Part shown: positions 30,356 to 41,051 of the stretch, piece by piece
Position numbering within the stretch: position 1 is the first letter of the stretch
How the letters are laid out: every line of letters begins with the position of its first letter
Origin: Flectonema sp. DT1601
Taxonomy: Eukaryota
NCBI GenBank assembly: GCA_964019425.1
Contig: OZ025781.1
Span: 248,001 to 312,000 of the forward strand
DNA: 64,000 nt
Reading direction: 5' to 3'
Notes under the pieces: generated by a model
What the model was told of the DNA's origin: nothing
What the model saw: only the letters and a program-made list of their open reading frames with translations
Databases searched by the model: none
Made by a program: the position numbers and the translations under genes

Positions 30356-32833
30356 TTAAGCACTGCCGGGACCATTTTCCTCAAGTTCGACGCCTTTCTG
30401 TTCTTCTTCAGATGATGATTTCCTACAACAACACATGTAAACAATAACAATAACAACTATTATGAATACGCCAGAAAATATCGAAATCAGAAGTGTATTG
30501 CGAAGCTTCACATCGCTGTCATCACTGCTGGAGGTACTTGCCCCAGTTGGGGCCGCAGTAGGAGCAGTGGTCGAAACTACAACGGTACCTGGCACCTTGT
30601 AAGTTCCAGCCTCAAATTCCACCCAATTAGTTGAAGCAGTCGAACTGAGTGCAGCAGTTTGCTGAAACATCCGCAACTCTGTTGCAGCTGAGTATGGAGG
30701 CCAGAAAGGAAACACATGATCAGCATAAACAGGAAGAAATTCATCCGAAATAGAAGCGCTCGGATCAGAGAAGAAAGCAGCTAAACTGAATGAAAGCGCG
30801 GCGTTAGTTCTCGTGATTTGAGTCAGTTGCTTGTTTACGTTGTTTTTGGCGGCGGCAGCAACCCAAGTTTTCCACTGGAAAAATGGTGCATTTGTGGTAG
30901 AACTTACTCTGTGCTTTTCCCCAGTAATACCACCAGCAGAGACAACTGTTGCGGCGCTAGCCTCTCTAAGGAGCTTCACAGTTTGTGAACACGCACTTGC
31001 ACATGCTCCGAGTGATAAAACTTTGATGGTTGCGAATCCCTTCGTAGGTTTATTGATTTGCTCATTCGCTGCAAAGGTACACTGAGAGAACGTAGCAGAG
31101 TCCTTCAATTCAAATAATGATTCGAAGAGAGAAGCGACCTTTGGAACCACAAACACTTCAGGTGATCCAGCAGCCCTGCTCTTCTTCGGAGCGTTGTTAA
31201 AGAGATCATTTAATTTAGCCTTCGCCTGCTGCATGTTTGTACTGGCCAAAGGTTCGTTGTTTAAGCTTTCACCGGTAGAAATACGTAACGCGTTGTAGTT
31301 TTCACCACCAACCACAGCAGATTGTATCAAACTGATGTATCCCTTAGTGAAGTCAGTGAGGTGGTATTCAGAAGCACCCTTAGTGGAAGCAGCACTTGCA
31401 GGTGAGATACGGAAATCGCTACTCGTCCTCGATGCGTTCCTGACGCCTGCAGGGTATTGGAGCTTCGGTGTCAAGTACTCAACCGTCATAGCGGACAAGA
31501 TAAGAAATCCACCACCGTTACCACGGACGTCCAGGATCAATTCTGTGATTCTCGGGGAAAACGCAATCGCATAATCATTGCAAGCCTCAATAACTTTTAA
31601 AAACCTGAAGAGGACTTTGATTTCATCACAACCCTGTAAGTTGGCGGTGCTAGGGGAAAAGGTTCCGATGTACAAGTACATTACTGGCTTTGCGTTGGTT
31701 TCGAAAGAGCTGCACACAATATTCGGTTCATTGGTATTTTGTGGATATTGAGCAACTATCTTACCCCGATTCCAGAGATCTGAAGGAGCAAGCTGCTGAA
31801 CTGATCTTTTGGACACGTGTTCCTGTTCCTTCTTTGCAGATGCAGCCTTGTCAGCCTTGTCAGCGTTGTGAAGATCTCTCGCAATGTCTGAAAGTGGATT
31901 AGGAGGAAGGTTAGGTCCGGAGTTCACTTCAGGACTTTTATGAATACCTGCCCTCTGATCAGCGATAGGAGGAATTGGTTTGTATGCCTCTCTGTTCTGC
32001 CTGATGTGAGTAATGTCGTTAGGGGTCACTGGTGCTTCCTGTACCTGAGCACCTCTCGCAGTCGCTGCTGGACGGTTACCAGCAACTATGACAGCGGTTG
32101 TTAACTGTGGTTCTGCTCTTCCAGAGTAGATTGGAAGGGTGTGAGACGTACCAGCAACAGTTATTTGCATTGTGGTGGCCTGGTATCCAGATGAGGTTGA
32201 AGATATACCTGCAGCGTCCAGGTTGTTTAGGTATTGATTAAGGTCTGCACCATTAGACTTCGAAGCACCATTGTCACCAAGCAACTTTGATAAATAGGCC
32301 ACTGCTGGCTGTCCGTTGATTGCAGTTACGACGTTGCCAATTTGAACACTGCTCCACGTCTGTCCCTGAGAATAGGCACTGAAAAGGACATGGCGTTCCC
32401 TGATGAAAATAACCTGCTGTCCATTATCCATACTTGATCCGAGTACAAAAGGAATATGTAAAGTAGAAAGGTATCCCGATGGCAGAGTGTAAGCAGTATG
32501 CCCATCGTGTAACGCTACGAAGAGCCGAGCCATTGAAGTCTGAAATTGGAAATCACTATTCCACTGTTGAGTAGAGAACTGTTGAAGAGAACCCTTCAAG
32601 TTAACCTTTCCAATCACAGATGGGTCTGTTGATAGAGCGATGTCAGTTCCATGGTAAAACTCAACCATCTCAAGCGCTGCTTTTGTCGCTTCCGTCACAG
32701 TTGCTTGATCCACCGGAACAGTGTTGTAACAGTCAAAGATTTCACTAGCTCTGTAGTAGTAAAAATCTCCTACCAGCTGCCCCTGCAAATTACATTGCGA
32801 CACCGCCAGCAGGTTTATCATTGAGAGTAACAT
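30356..32833 (-). CDS. S41-family peptidase paralog 7
   Basis: Same motifs (GACASACS); 3' flank nearly identical to that of paralog 6. Confidence 0.88.
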   Translation of the reverse strand: MLLSMINLLAVSQCNLQGQLVGDFYYYRASEIFDCYNTVPVDQATVTEATKAALEMVEFYHGTDIALSTDPSVIGKVNLKGSLQQFSTQQWNSDFQFQTSMARLFVALHDGHTAYTLPSGYLSTLHIPFVLGSSMDNGQQVIFIRERHVLFSAYSQGQTWSSVQIGNVVTAINGQPAVAYLSKLLGDNGASKSNGADLNQYLNNLDAAGISSTSSGYQATTMQITVAGTSHTLPIYSGRAEPQLTTAVIVAGNRPAATARGAQVQEAPVTPNDITHIRQNREAYKPIPPIADQRAGIHKSPEVNSGPNLPPNPLSDIARDLHNADKADKAASAKKEQEHVSKRSVQQLAPSDLWNRGKIVAQYPQNTNEPNIVCSSFETNAKPVMYLYIGTFSPSTANLQGCDEIKVLFRFLKVIEACNDYAIAFSPRITELILDVRGNGGGFLILSAMTVEYLTPKLQYPAGVRNASRTSSDFRISPASAASTKGASEYHLTDFTKGYISLIQSAVVGGENYNALRISTGESLNNEPLASTNMQQAKAKLNDLFNNAPKKSRAAGSPEVFVVPKVASLFESLFELKDSATFSQCTFAANEQINKPTKGFATIKVLSLGACASACSQTVKLLREASAATVVSAGGITGEKHRVSSTTNAPFFQWKTWVAAAAKNNVNKQLTQITRTNAALSFSLAAFFSDPSASISDEFLPVYADHVFPFWPPYSAATELRMFQQTAALSSTASTNWVEFEAGTYKVPGTVVVSTTAPTAAPTGASTSSSDDSDVKLRNTLLISIFSGVFIIVVIVIVYMCCCRKSSSEEEQKGVELEENGPGSA

Positions 32834-33113
32834 TTTATTTGAAGAACTGTTTAATAAAATACAGTAACAGTTCACAACATTCACAGATGTGTATTAATTA
32901 CTTCAGACATCTAACCGACAAACAGATAAACACAAAATATTTAAAACATCATCTGTTTATGTTTAGTGTGGTACAAGTTAACAAAAGAAATACATTCATT
33001 CTAAAGAAATGAACTTAAAATCAATGAAGAACAAAGGGGTACAGGGTTCTAAAACAAGAAAAATATTTTAAAAAAAAAACAGTACAGAACGGGATTCAAC
33101 TTAGGCTGTTGTT

Positions 33114-36100
33114 CTATAACATAACAGGGCTGTCGGTAGACATAATTGGTATTGATATCATAGTATGACCTGCTGAGTAAGCAGAAATTGACATCTCAGC
33201 AGCAACAACAGGTCTTGAAAACGGAAAACTTCTCACAGCTGACGGGAAGAATCTCGGAGCGACGGACCCCTTATCCATCATAGCAGTTAAAATAGATGAA
33301 GCTGACGGATCAATGTTTCTCGTAGTCATAACAAACGGTTGTGATAACTCATCTATTAACAATCGAGTACTAGTTTCATTAAAAGGAGGCATAAGAACAG
33401 CAACTGTTGACACGTGAAGACTACTTACTGTTGCACTGATGGATAACGATTCAGGTGAACCTCTTATGAAAGCTGTGTACTTATTTTGATGTTCCTCAAC
33501 ACGCAATGCTGGTCCTGGTCTTCGGGGAGACATCGGCCGAGGTGATGAAACACCCTCTCTTAGAACTTGACTTTGTACATCAACACCCCCAATTGATATC
33601 GGGATCCTAGTAGGAGTTACTTTAGGTAAAGTACAAACAGTATAACCTGGACTGTTTGTTAACGGTTCCTTTGCTGCTAAGTGTGGAGCAACTGGATTCT
33701 GAAGTTGAATTTGTCTCTTAGCCGCACCCAACATCATCACATTCTGATCAGACATTGAAGACAACTCATCAGTAAGTATCCTTCCTGATTCTAAAGGGAT
33801 TTGATCACCAACTAACCAAATAGTTGCTTCAGACTCAGTTAGTGCTACTCTGATTGATGATGCGGAACCTCTTACGATTATTCTGTAAGAGGACTGGTTC
33901 TCTTCAACCCTTACGGATGGTAAGGCTGAGCACAACATCGTTTGATCTAACGGGAGAGCAGTCGCTGCTAAAAATAAAAAGTCTAAATTATTAGAAACAA
34001 TGCTATCGTAGTATTCACCTTGCTGCTGTCGTTGTTGCTGCTGTTGCTGCTGCTGGTGGTGGTGGTGGTGATTCGGGACTGGGGTAGAAAGCTGTGGATT
34101 TCCAGAAATAACAGACGCATCAGTAAAAGAATAATCATACGGAGAATGATTACTAACAGTTTGATTATATTGCAATTCTCGAGGAACAGAACTATTAAGA
34201 ACATGAGTACCAACCGAAGGAACATTTATTGAAGTTCTCATGACTGACGTATCCACACCCAAGACATTAGGACTCAACATTGGAGGAGAAACAGGTATCG
34301 GTGCAGGTGATTGCTTAGACATGCTACTCCTCGTTGTCTTCCAAGGCATTGATTGAGCTCCACTTAGAATAGCCAGTAGCTCTTCTCTATCAGCGTAGTC
34401 ACCCAGAGCGGTAACCCACTTAATACAAGCATCTTTACATCTTAGTAAGTGACCAGGGACTTCAACTACACTCTGAACAAGGAAAGATACAAAAGGATAC
34501 GCCAAGTACGAAACATTAAATATATGGATTGCTTCTATTATCTTACCGACCATTCTCCTCAAGTTCGATCCCTCCTTGGTGTTTAAAATTCTAAATCGAT
34601 CTCTCTCTGCAGGTCTGCTCCAACCAGCATCAGCATTCTGTTGTGAAGGACGTGATATATTTCCGGTTTTCAGGCAAACTTCTAAACCGATGCCAAGAAG
34701 AGAATGGTAATAAGATGCTAGAAAGCTTTTTTTACACTTCTGATCAAGTCCTAAGTTCATCGCCTCTTCATGAGCGATACCTGTCCTGTTTGATGAACTT
34801 ACTAACGTTGGGAACAAAGCAGAGGTAACACGATTATCAGCAAGTAATGACATCTGTACAGTAGCAGCATGAAAGGATGCGTTATTCTCCCGATCGAGTC
34901 TCTCATGAACTTGAGCAATTGTTCCGATCCCACGAAGGGGTAGCTCACCTCGATAGAATTGAAGATGCCAACCTTTCGGGAATATCCGATGCTCAGTTGG
35001 AAGAGGTCTGGCTATTTTCTTATAACGTCGAGTACTAGATAATTGGATTGATCCTTGTGGTGAGAGCATTGATGATGGTTGATTGTCTGCCATGATTGCT
35101 GATGTTGCTTGAAAGACATTCATCTGATTCTGTCTCAGGTATCCTCTTGCTTTTCTAGGAGGAGATCCAGTCAGTTTCACAACTTCACCAATCAATTGTT
35201 GTTCATATTGACGATGAGGTTCACTGGCTATTAGTAGTATTCCGATAGCTCCAGCTACAGAACTTATTATCGATTCCTCCAGTAGTGGTGGAGAGAGGTT
35301 GTGAATCACTCCCCTGGTCTTTTCAAGTAAGACATACAACTTCTTGTGAACACGAGAAAATTCTTCATACTCCTCACGGTTGCCAGCTGGTTTCATGAAT
35401 GTTGCTTTTTTAATTTCCGGAAAATGAAGTCCCAAACTTCCTTCCAAAATATTCAAACTAATAACTCTGACGTCAGAAATATTCGGGTGGTGGGTGAGAC
35501 CAATCTCAAGCTCAAGCCCAGAAGCTGGTTTCGCAGGATGAGTTTTGTTGTTTTTTTCAACTCTCGCTAACACAATTAAATCACCATCACTGTCTCTGAA
35601 AAAAACTGGTTTCCTGTCATCCTCAAGATGGCTTTCCTTAATTAATATTTGCTTCTTGTTTATATAGTCGACAGTGATGTTGTGGGGGACACCGGCATAG
35701 TCGAGAATGGTAGCAATCTTCTTTGCATTTTGGATTGATATGGATAGACCTAGTTTCATGTTGGGGACGTTTACTAAACATTTTGAATTGGGTAAAGGCG
35801 TTGCAGAAGCAGATTGAATAAAAGGGTGTTCTTCTGAAGGAGGCTTCTGATTGATGTGGATGCCGACTTCCTTACAATTCATAACAAAAACTCTGATCTT
35901 ATCACCGTCGTCATCCGTGAATTCGCATTCCTTTTCCGGTACTATAGTTTTGTTGATGATTTGTTTTTTTTCAGTTGGAGGTTTTTGTATCAAATTATCA
36001 CTTCTTTCTCTCTTAGGAACAGCCGCAATAGGTGTTTTCGGTTCAAGTGAAAACACCGGTGGGACTCTTTGCTTTGTTGTTGGTTGTGTTTTGTACGAAG

Positions 36101-38267
36101 CGGATGATGAAGGGGATGAGGCTACTGACGGTGGTCTACTTATTGTAATCACATTCTGTGCGATGAGATTTAGGTTTGAGACATCTGGATTGCCAGGACC
36201 ATAAGCGCAGACCACAGTTGCTACTCCTTCTTTACAAAATAACGCTGATCCGATATCTGTACTCCCTCTCCATACGATTCTGTTGTGATCATCAGAACCA
36301 ATTTTATTGTACCACTCACTTATAGAGTGCCTTATAACACTTGAATTACCTGAGTTTAGTTGAGTTGTATTCACATTGTGGTTAGTGTTAGATATGTCAG
36401 ATGAAGATGCTGTTCCTGAAGCAATTTTCCAAGCAATTTGAGCTAATTGTTTATTAAATAAAAGTGGTGGTGATGTGTGTCTTGATCGAAGCGTATCATG
36501 AATTTCATGAGCGATAACTTGAGTGGTGTCTTCTTGTTTTGGACTCAAATAATCTATAATCGATTCATCTTTTAGTCTGTTGGCAAGTTTTCTAAATACC
36601 GAATCTGCGTTTCCATCTTTCTGTTCTCGTTGGAGGAGTCCATGGAGGATAGCTCTGCCGTCCTTGCCAGGTTTTGATAATTTCTTAATATGTTTTTCAT
36701 AAACAGTATTTATCATACCAGAGTATGTATCAACCTCTGGAGCTGGTGGGTTCAATACATACATACTCGGTGTTATCTTAGAGAATGATAATGAAATGTC
36801 AAATGGTGACGCTCCTCTTGAAGATGCTTTTCTAGAGATCCCTCCTCCTACTTGAAGTCCTTCTGAATAGGCTGAAAATGTCTTTGGAATACTTGCGAGT
36901 GTTCCAATTCCTTGATGTTCTAATTGTTCTTGTATCGTTCCGTGTTGTTGTTCTGCAACACGGAGTTGGTTTTCTCGCTGTTGTTCTTTCAGCCTTGTGA
37001 GTCGTATCTCTTCGTCTTCGGCTAATTTCTTTTTAAGTTCGGCTTCCTCGCGTCTCGTGTTCGCTTCTTGTTGCCGTTTCGCAAAATCCAATTCTTCCTG
37101 ACGTAGCTTCCCTTCTCTGTCTTTATTAGCCTGAGCTAATGCAGCAGCAGCAGCGGCAGTGGCTGCTTCCCGCTCTTGCTCTGCAATCTTTGCCTGCGCT
37201 TCTTTCTCTGCAGCTCCCTTCTCCTCAGCAGCTTTCTGTGCGGCAACACGCTCGGCGTCTGCAGCTGCTGCTTCACCTTCAGCTTTCGCTTTTTCATCTG
37301 CCTCGCGTTGGGCTTTTTCCTGAGCTTCTTTTTCCGCAGCTGCAGTAGCTGCTGCTGCTGCTGCTGCCGAGTCTGCAGCCTGCTGAGCCTCCTGCTCAGC
37401 AGCGGCAGCGGCAGCTGCCTCAGCTTCACGTTGCGCTGTCGCGGCTGCGGCAGCTGCAGCCGTAGCGGCAGCCTCTTCCTGTTGTTTGCGCTCTTCTTCC
37501 TCCCGAGCTGCATTAGCGGCAGCCTGTCGCACTCTTTCTTCTTCAGCAGCAGCAGCTGATGCTGCAGCTTCAGCAGCTTGACGCTGTTCCTCCGCTAGCT
37601 TTTGGGCAGCTGCTTCCTCGTCCTTCTTCTTCTGTTCTTCAGCAAGTCGCTGAGCCTCGGCCTGTTGTCGCTGAGCCTCAGCCTGTTGTGCCTCCGCTTC
37701 TTGACGAGCCTTTTCTTCCGGTGACAGTTGCGGTGTAACTTGTGCTGGGGATACCAAACTCTTAACAACTTTTCCCTCTTCATTCGTCATTTCAATTACC
37801 ATCAGATTGGCGCCATTTGGACTGTCTGGTTTTGGTCTGTAGCCAACAACTGTTGCAGGTTTACCTCCGAGTTTACCAGTTGACTTGATTTCGACTTTGC
37901 TACCAACTGGATAACGAAGGGTGCAAGCTGCTGGTGGGAATGAACGGGAAGAGTTATCAGGAAGAGTACATTGCATAGCATAACTACCTGTACTCGGTAT
38001 GTACTTATCAACAATGGCAGTGTCAACACCATCTACTCCTTTTATTACTACTTGAGCTCCTATTGGATGACATCCAGCTGGAAATACATTCGTCGGTTTC
38101 ACTAACACTTTCTTACCATCGATTAGAACAAACATACAAAGTATTCCATTATTCTCTTTGGTGCCCGCAGCTATCTTTCCTCGCTTTCCATTCATCGCTG
38201 CGGTGCTTAATCCTCCCAGCTCTACTTCAGTCCCTGCCGGGTAGTGACCCGGCGGTGATTGTGCCAT
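33114..38267 (-). CDS. 1717-aa multidomain protein: SH3/KOW-like repeats, Ala/Glu coiled coil, CAP/SCP domain, UBA-like segment, OGFr-like domain, two HSP20-like domains
   Basis: Long intact ORF. CAP-like HDTLRSRH..PPLLFNKQLA..SEWY..H.RIVW..IG..VVCAYGPGN; OGFr-like LQFYRGE..LFP..KTGNISR..RFRILN; two VEE..Y.. beta-sandwich repeats. Confidence 0.8.
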   Translation of the reverse strand: MAQSPPGHYPAGTEVELGGLSTAAMNGKRGKIAAGTKENNGILCMFVLIDGKKVLVKPTNVFPAGCHPIGAQVVIKGVDGVDTAIVDKYIPSTGSYAMQCTLPDNSSRSFPPAACTLRYPVGSKVEIKSTGKLGGKPATVVGYRPKPDSPNGANLMVIEMTNEEGKVVKSLVSPAQVTPQLSPEEKARQEAEAQQAEAQRQQAEAQRLAEEQKKKDEEAAAQKLAEEQRQAAEAAASAAAAEEERVRQAAANAAREEEERKQQEEAAATAAAAAAATAQREAEAAAAAAAEQEAQQAADSAAAAAAATAAAEKEAQEKAQREADEKAKAEGEAAAADAERVAAQKAAEEKGAAEKEAQAKIAEQEREAATAAAAAALAQANKDREGKLRQEELDFAKRQQEANTRREEAELKKKLAEDEEIRLTRLKEQQRENQLRVAEQQHGTIQEQLEHQGIGTLASIPKTFSAYSEGLQVGGGISRKASSRGASPFDISLSFSKITPSMYVLNPPAPEVDTYSGMINTVYEKHIKKLSKPGKDGRAILHGLLQREQKDGNADSVFRKLANRLKDESIIDYLSPKQEDTTQVIAHEIHDTLRSRHTSPPLLFNKQLAQIAWKIASGTASSSDISNTNHNVNTTQLNSGNSSVIRHSISEWYNKIGSDDHNRIVWRGSTDIGSALFCKEGVATVVCAYGPGNPDVSNLNLIAQNVITISRPPSVASSPSSSASYKTQPTTKQRVPPVFSLEPKTPIAAVPKRERSDNLIQKPPTEKKQIINKTIVPEKECEFTDDDGDKIRVFVMNCKEVGIHINQKPPSEEHPFIQSASATPLPNSKCLVNVPNMKLGLSISIQNAKKIATILDYAGVPHNITVDYINKKQILIKESHLEDDRKPVFFRDSDGDLIVLARVEKNNKTHPAKPASGLELEIGLTHHPNISDVRVISLNILEGSLGLHFPEIKKATFMKPAGNREEYEEFSRVHKKLYVLLEKTRGVIHNLSPPLLEESIISSVAGAIGILLIASEPHRQYEQQLIGEVVKLTGSPPRKARGYLRQNQMNVFQATSAIMADNQPSSMLSPQGSIQLSSTRRYKKIARPLPTEHRIFPKGWHLQFYRGELPLRGIGTIAQVHERLDRENNASFHAATVQMSLLADNRVTSALFPTLVSSSNRTGIAHEEAMNLGLDQKCKKSFLASYYHSLLGIGLEVCLKTGNISRPSQQNADAGWSRPAERDRFRILNTKEGSNLRRMVGKIIEAIHIFNVSYLAYPFVSFLVQSVVEVPGHLLRCKDACIKWVTALGDYADREELLAILSGAQSMPWKTTRSSMSKQSPAPIPVSPPMLSPNVLGVDTSVMRTSINVPSVGTHVLNSSVPRELQYNQTVSNHSPYDYSFTDASVISGNPQLSTPVPNHHHHHQQQQQQQQRQQQGEYYDSIVSNNLDFLFLAATALPLDQTMLCSALPSVRVEENQSSYRIIVRGSASSIRVALTESEATIWLVGDQIPLESGRILTDELSSMSDQNVMMLGAAKRQIQLQNPVAPHLAAKEPLTNSPGYTVCTLPKVTPTRIPISIGGVDVQSQVLREGVSSPRPMSPRRPGPALRVEEHQNKYTAFIRGSPESLSISATVSSLHVSTVAVLMPPFNETSTRLLIDELSQPFVMTTRNIDPSASSILTAMMDKGSVAPRFFPSAVRSFPFSRPVVAAEMSISAYSAGHTMISIPIMSTDSPVML

Positions 38268-38759
38268 GTTGTCCTTCCCTTCCTAAATATAAAATATGAT
38301 AACGAATATCACACTCTCCTTAACATAAACTACCCTTCCTCATTCAGATGCTTGGTGTGCTCTCTGAGAGACCTGTAGAACAAACGTAATTACTCATTAC
38401 TTCATAATATATAACTAGCCACCTACTTGGGTTGGCCTGAAATTACCTTCCTGAGAGAAAGGTTTTTAGCTTCCCGTATCTCCTCTCCCCTTCTTTTTTT
38501 TTTTTTTTCTTCTTCTTCTTGATCGAAAAAAAATAAAGAGCCATCACCCAAACTGACCCTGCAAGTGAAGCCAGAAAGAGTTGCTTCATTGAAGGTCAGA
38601 TTAGAGTACTTACAAAGGGTTATCGCCCAAATCAATTGAACTGTCTCTTTAATTAAAGTACACAAAGTAACCACTGAGTGCTGAGATACCATGCTGGAAT
38701 ATAATAACAATTCCAAGAGACGAATAAGTATAGTCAAATCAAAGATCAGAGAGTGAAGT

Positions 38760-39983
38760 TTACCTCCTATATCTCCGCTGAGGACGTGATGATGAAGATG
38801 ACGACCTGCTGTAGGAACTCCATGATCTAGAATCTGATGCTGAGCAGAACGAAGAGTATGATCTGCTGCTGTGGCTGCTGGATGATCGCTTTCGTTTATC
38901 CTTTGATTGCTGTTTAGTAGGAAATCCTTTAAAGTCTGTTCCCCTTGTTGGTTTTCGTATTCCTTTTGTGTTAGTAGTTTGATTCCTTTCATGATTGTCA
39001 CGAGATTCCTGAAGCTGTTTCTTCATTTCAGATTTTTGACGTCTTTTCTCGGAGATCAACTTCTCCTGTTTGAGTTTATCTTTTAGTCGCTCCTTTTGAA
39101 GATCGTCATCTCGCATACGACGTCGTAGTTTGTCTTCATCACGTTTTAATTGACGTTCTCGACTGATTGCTTTTTCTTCTTTCTCTTTTCGGCGTCGATC
39201 TCTTTCTTCCTTTGCACGCCGGTCTCGGTCTTCCTTCGCACGTTTTTCACGTTCCTCCTCACGTTTTTGCCTCCGTTGCCGTTCTTCTTCTTCTTGTTTT
39301 TTTTGTCGCTCCCTTTCATCGGCAGCTTTTGCTTTTCTGTCCTTCATTGCTCGTTCCCACTTTTCCTCACGGTTTTTCGTCCCTCTTTCTTCTCGTTCAC
39401 GCACGGCTTCACGTCTGCGTTCGCGTCTGTCACGGTCAGGTTGTGGAAGACCCTTTCCTTTTTGAAGGTGTAGTAGTAGCTGGTCAGAGGCAGAGAGTTT
39501 AGTAGTGGATTTCGGTTTACTTTTTGGATAAAATTTCGAATCTATTTGTTGTTGTTTTTGTTGTTTTCGTCTCAAGAGATCTGATTTTGAAATCATTTCT
39601 ACTTTCACTGAATCTCTTTTCTTCGTAGCAGCCGATCGAACTTCCTCTTCACGTTCCTTCTTCCGACGAGCTTCAGCTGCTTTTTGTTGTTCAGATGCGA
39701 ATTCAATTTCACTCTCGATATTTCCTAAATGCATTAATCTGACTTCCTCGTCTGATGGCCCACCCTGAATAAGATCTTTTTGATTTATAAGAGAAGACTC
39801 AGTAATCACACTCAACAAATCTTCCTTTGTAGGCTTCTTCATTTGTGTTAGTATTTCATTTATTATATCATAAGGAATCTCTGGTGTTGAAGCGTCACTC
39901 TCGTAATCAGATTCATCAACAGCCATATCATCGGGAACTCCTATTGGAGAAACCATTCTTCTCCTTGGTTCTGTTTTTATCAT
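38760..39983 (-). CDS. Arg/Glu/Lys-rich coiled-coil protein with Ser/Arg-rich C-terminus
   Basis: 407-aa ORF with an ATG start. It ends at AG/GTAA, so it may splice to a further exon. Confidence 0.75.
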   Translation of the reverse strand: MIKTEPRRRMVSPIGVPDDMAVDESDYESDASTPEIPYDIINEILTQMKKPTKEDLLSVITESSLINQKDLIQGGPSDEEVRLMHLGNIESEIEFASEQQKAAEARRKKEREEEVRSAATKKRDSVKVEMISKSDLLRRKQQKQQQIDSKFYPKSKPKSTTKLSASDQLLLHLQKGKGLPQPDRDRRERRREAVREREERGTKNREEKWERAMKDRKAKAADERERQKKQEEEERQRRQKREEEREKRAKEDRDRRAKEERDRRRKEKEEKAISRERQLKRDEDKLRRRMRDDDLQKERLKDKLKQEKLISEKRRQKSEMKKQLQESRDNHERNQTTNTKGIRKPTRGTDFKGFPTKQQSKDKRKRSSSSHSSRSYSSFCSASDSRSWSSYSRSSSSSSRPQRRYRR

Positions 39984-40421
39984 ACTATTTTTTTATTGAT
40001 ACAATGCCCTATTTAAGACAATAAATTATTAATTATAAAACAAGAGAAAGAAGCACAATGCATTTTTGGCGTTGAAGCCCCACACATGTGGTTCGCTGTA
40101 TCAGTGAGCCTCGCTAGTGCAGATTGCTCGAAGATCATTTTGTAAGAACGTATTTTGCGATCAAATATACGGATCGTAGGAGGGTTTGGCAAAATCAGTC
40201 GCCACCCTCAATGGAAAAAAAAAAAATAATAACACTATTTTTTTTCGAGGGGGGGTTTTTTTTTTCCCCCCTTCGTACACTAAAACCGGATTTTTTTTTT
40301 TTTTTTTTTTGTATTCGTTGTCCCTCTGTGGGGTTGACCCGGACGTAGCTATTTCTACCACCTGCGGATGCGCTTCCATGGTCGAGAAGCGTTGATGACG
40401 TACAAGTATATCTCAGCACGA

Positions 40422-41051
40422 CTAGTTCAGGGACGAGGTATTAACATGTGGGTATTTCGTACTCTGTAGGGTTTGTTATGTTTATATTGTCTCTCAGTGT
40501 GCTAAATGTTAATAATTTAATAAGGGAGAAAGTAACATACAAAGTCACTAGGAAGTTCGTACTTACAGTCCGCACTGCACTTCTTAGCCCACCACAGTCG
40601 TCTCATCATCGTAGTTTCATCATTAGGGGCAACCTGTTTGAGTAGATGTGATGAAATATTAACAGAGCGTGTAGGAGGGAGTCTCAGATTGATAAAAGTT
40701 AACATACGTTTGGGTAAAGAGTGGTTCCAGCGGTGTGTCCAATCACACCTCCACCAATTCCAAAGCTGAGAGCCATGAAGGCACCAACCATACTGGTATT
40801 TCTTCTCTTCATAACAGGCCAAACCCATCCGAATATGCTTCCCGCTGCCGCTCCTGCACCCGCCGTGTAAAGCTGGTTACGACGTACAGATCTCTGCTCA
40901 CCCCATGGCTTTACAGTTTTCTCGAATTCCGCCTGTAATGTTATTATTATTATTATTCAAGATACGGTTTTATATCATAAAAAGTACAACAGGAATAACA
41001 TACATAATCATCAGCCTTCATCAGCGGAAGGTCAGCGATAAGACGACCCAT
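40422..41051 (-). CDS. 135-aa small membrane protein with two Gly-rich hydrophobic segments, 4 exons (41051-41004, 40932-40708, 40633-40541, 40463-40422)
   Basis: Three phase-0 GTATGT...CAG introns of 71, 74 and 77 nt join to give one open frame, MGRLIADLPLMK...TTMMRRLWWAKKC...KYPHVNTSSLN*. Confidence 0.85.

Noticed and set aside
121..31902. Recurrent 60-160 aa ORFs overlapping the peptidase genes (MRWFR..., MNFFLF..., MIGVS...)
   Set aside because: Antisense or alternate-frame shadows that recur only because the host gene is duplicated.
27036..32833. Diversity-generating retroelement acting on the peptidase array
   Set aside because: The RT has Penelope-type rather than DGR motifs, no template/variable repeat pair is seen, and variation is not adenine-specific. 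Gene conversion is sufficient to explain it.
38423..39001. 192-aa ORF overlapping the RS-rich gene
   Set aside because: An alternate frame over low-complexity sequence that runs into an A-rich tract, with no recognisable motif.
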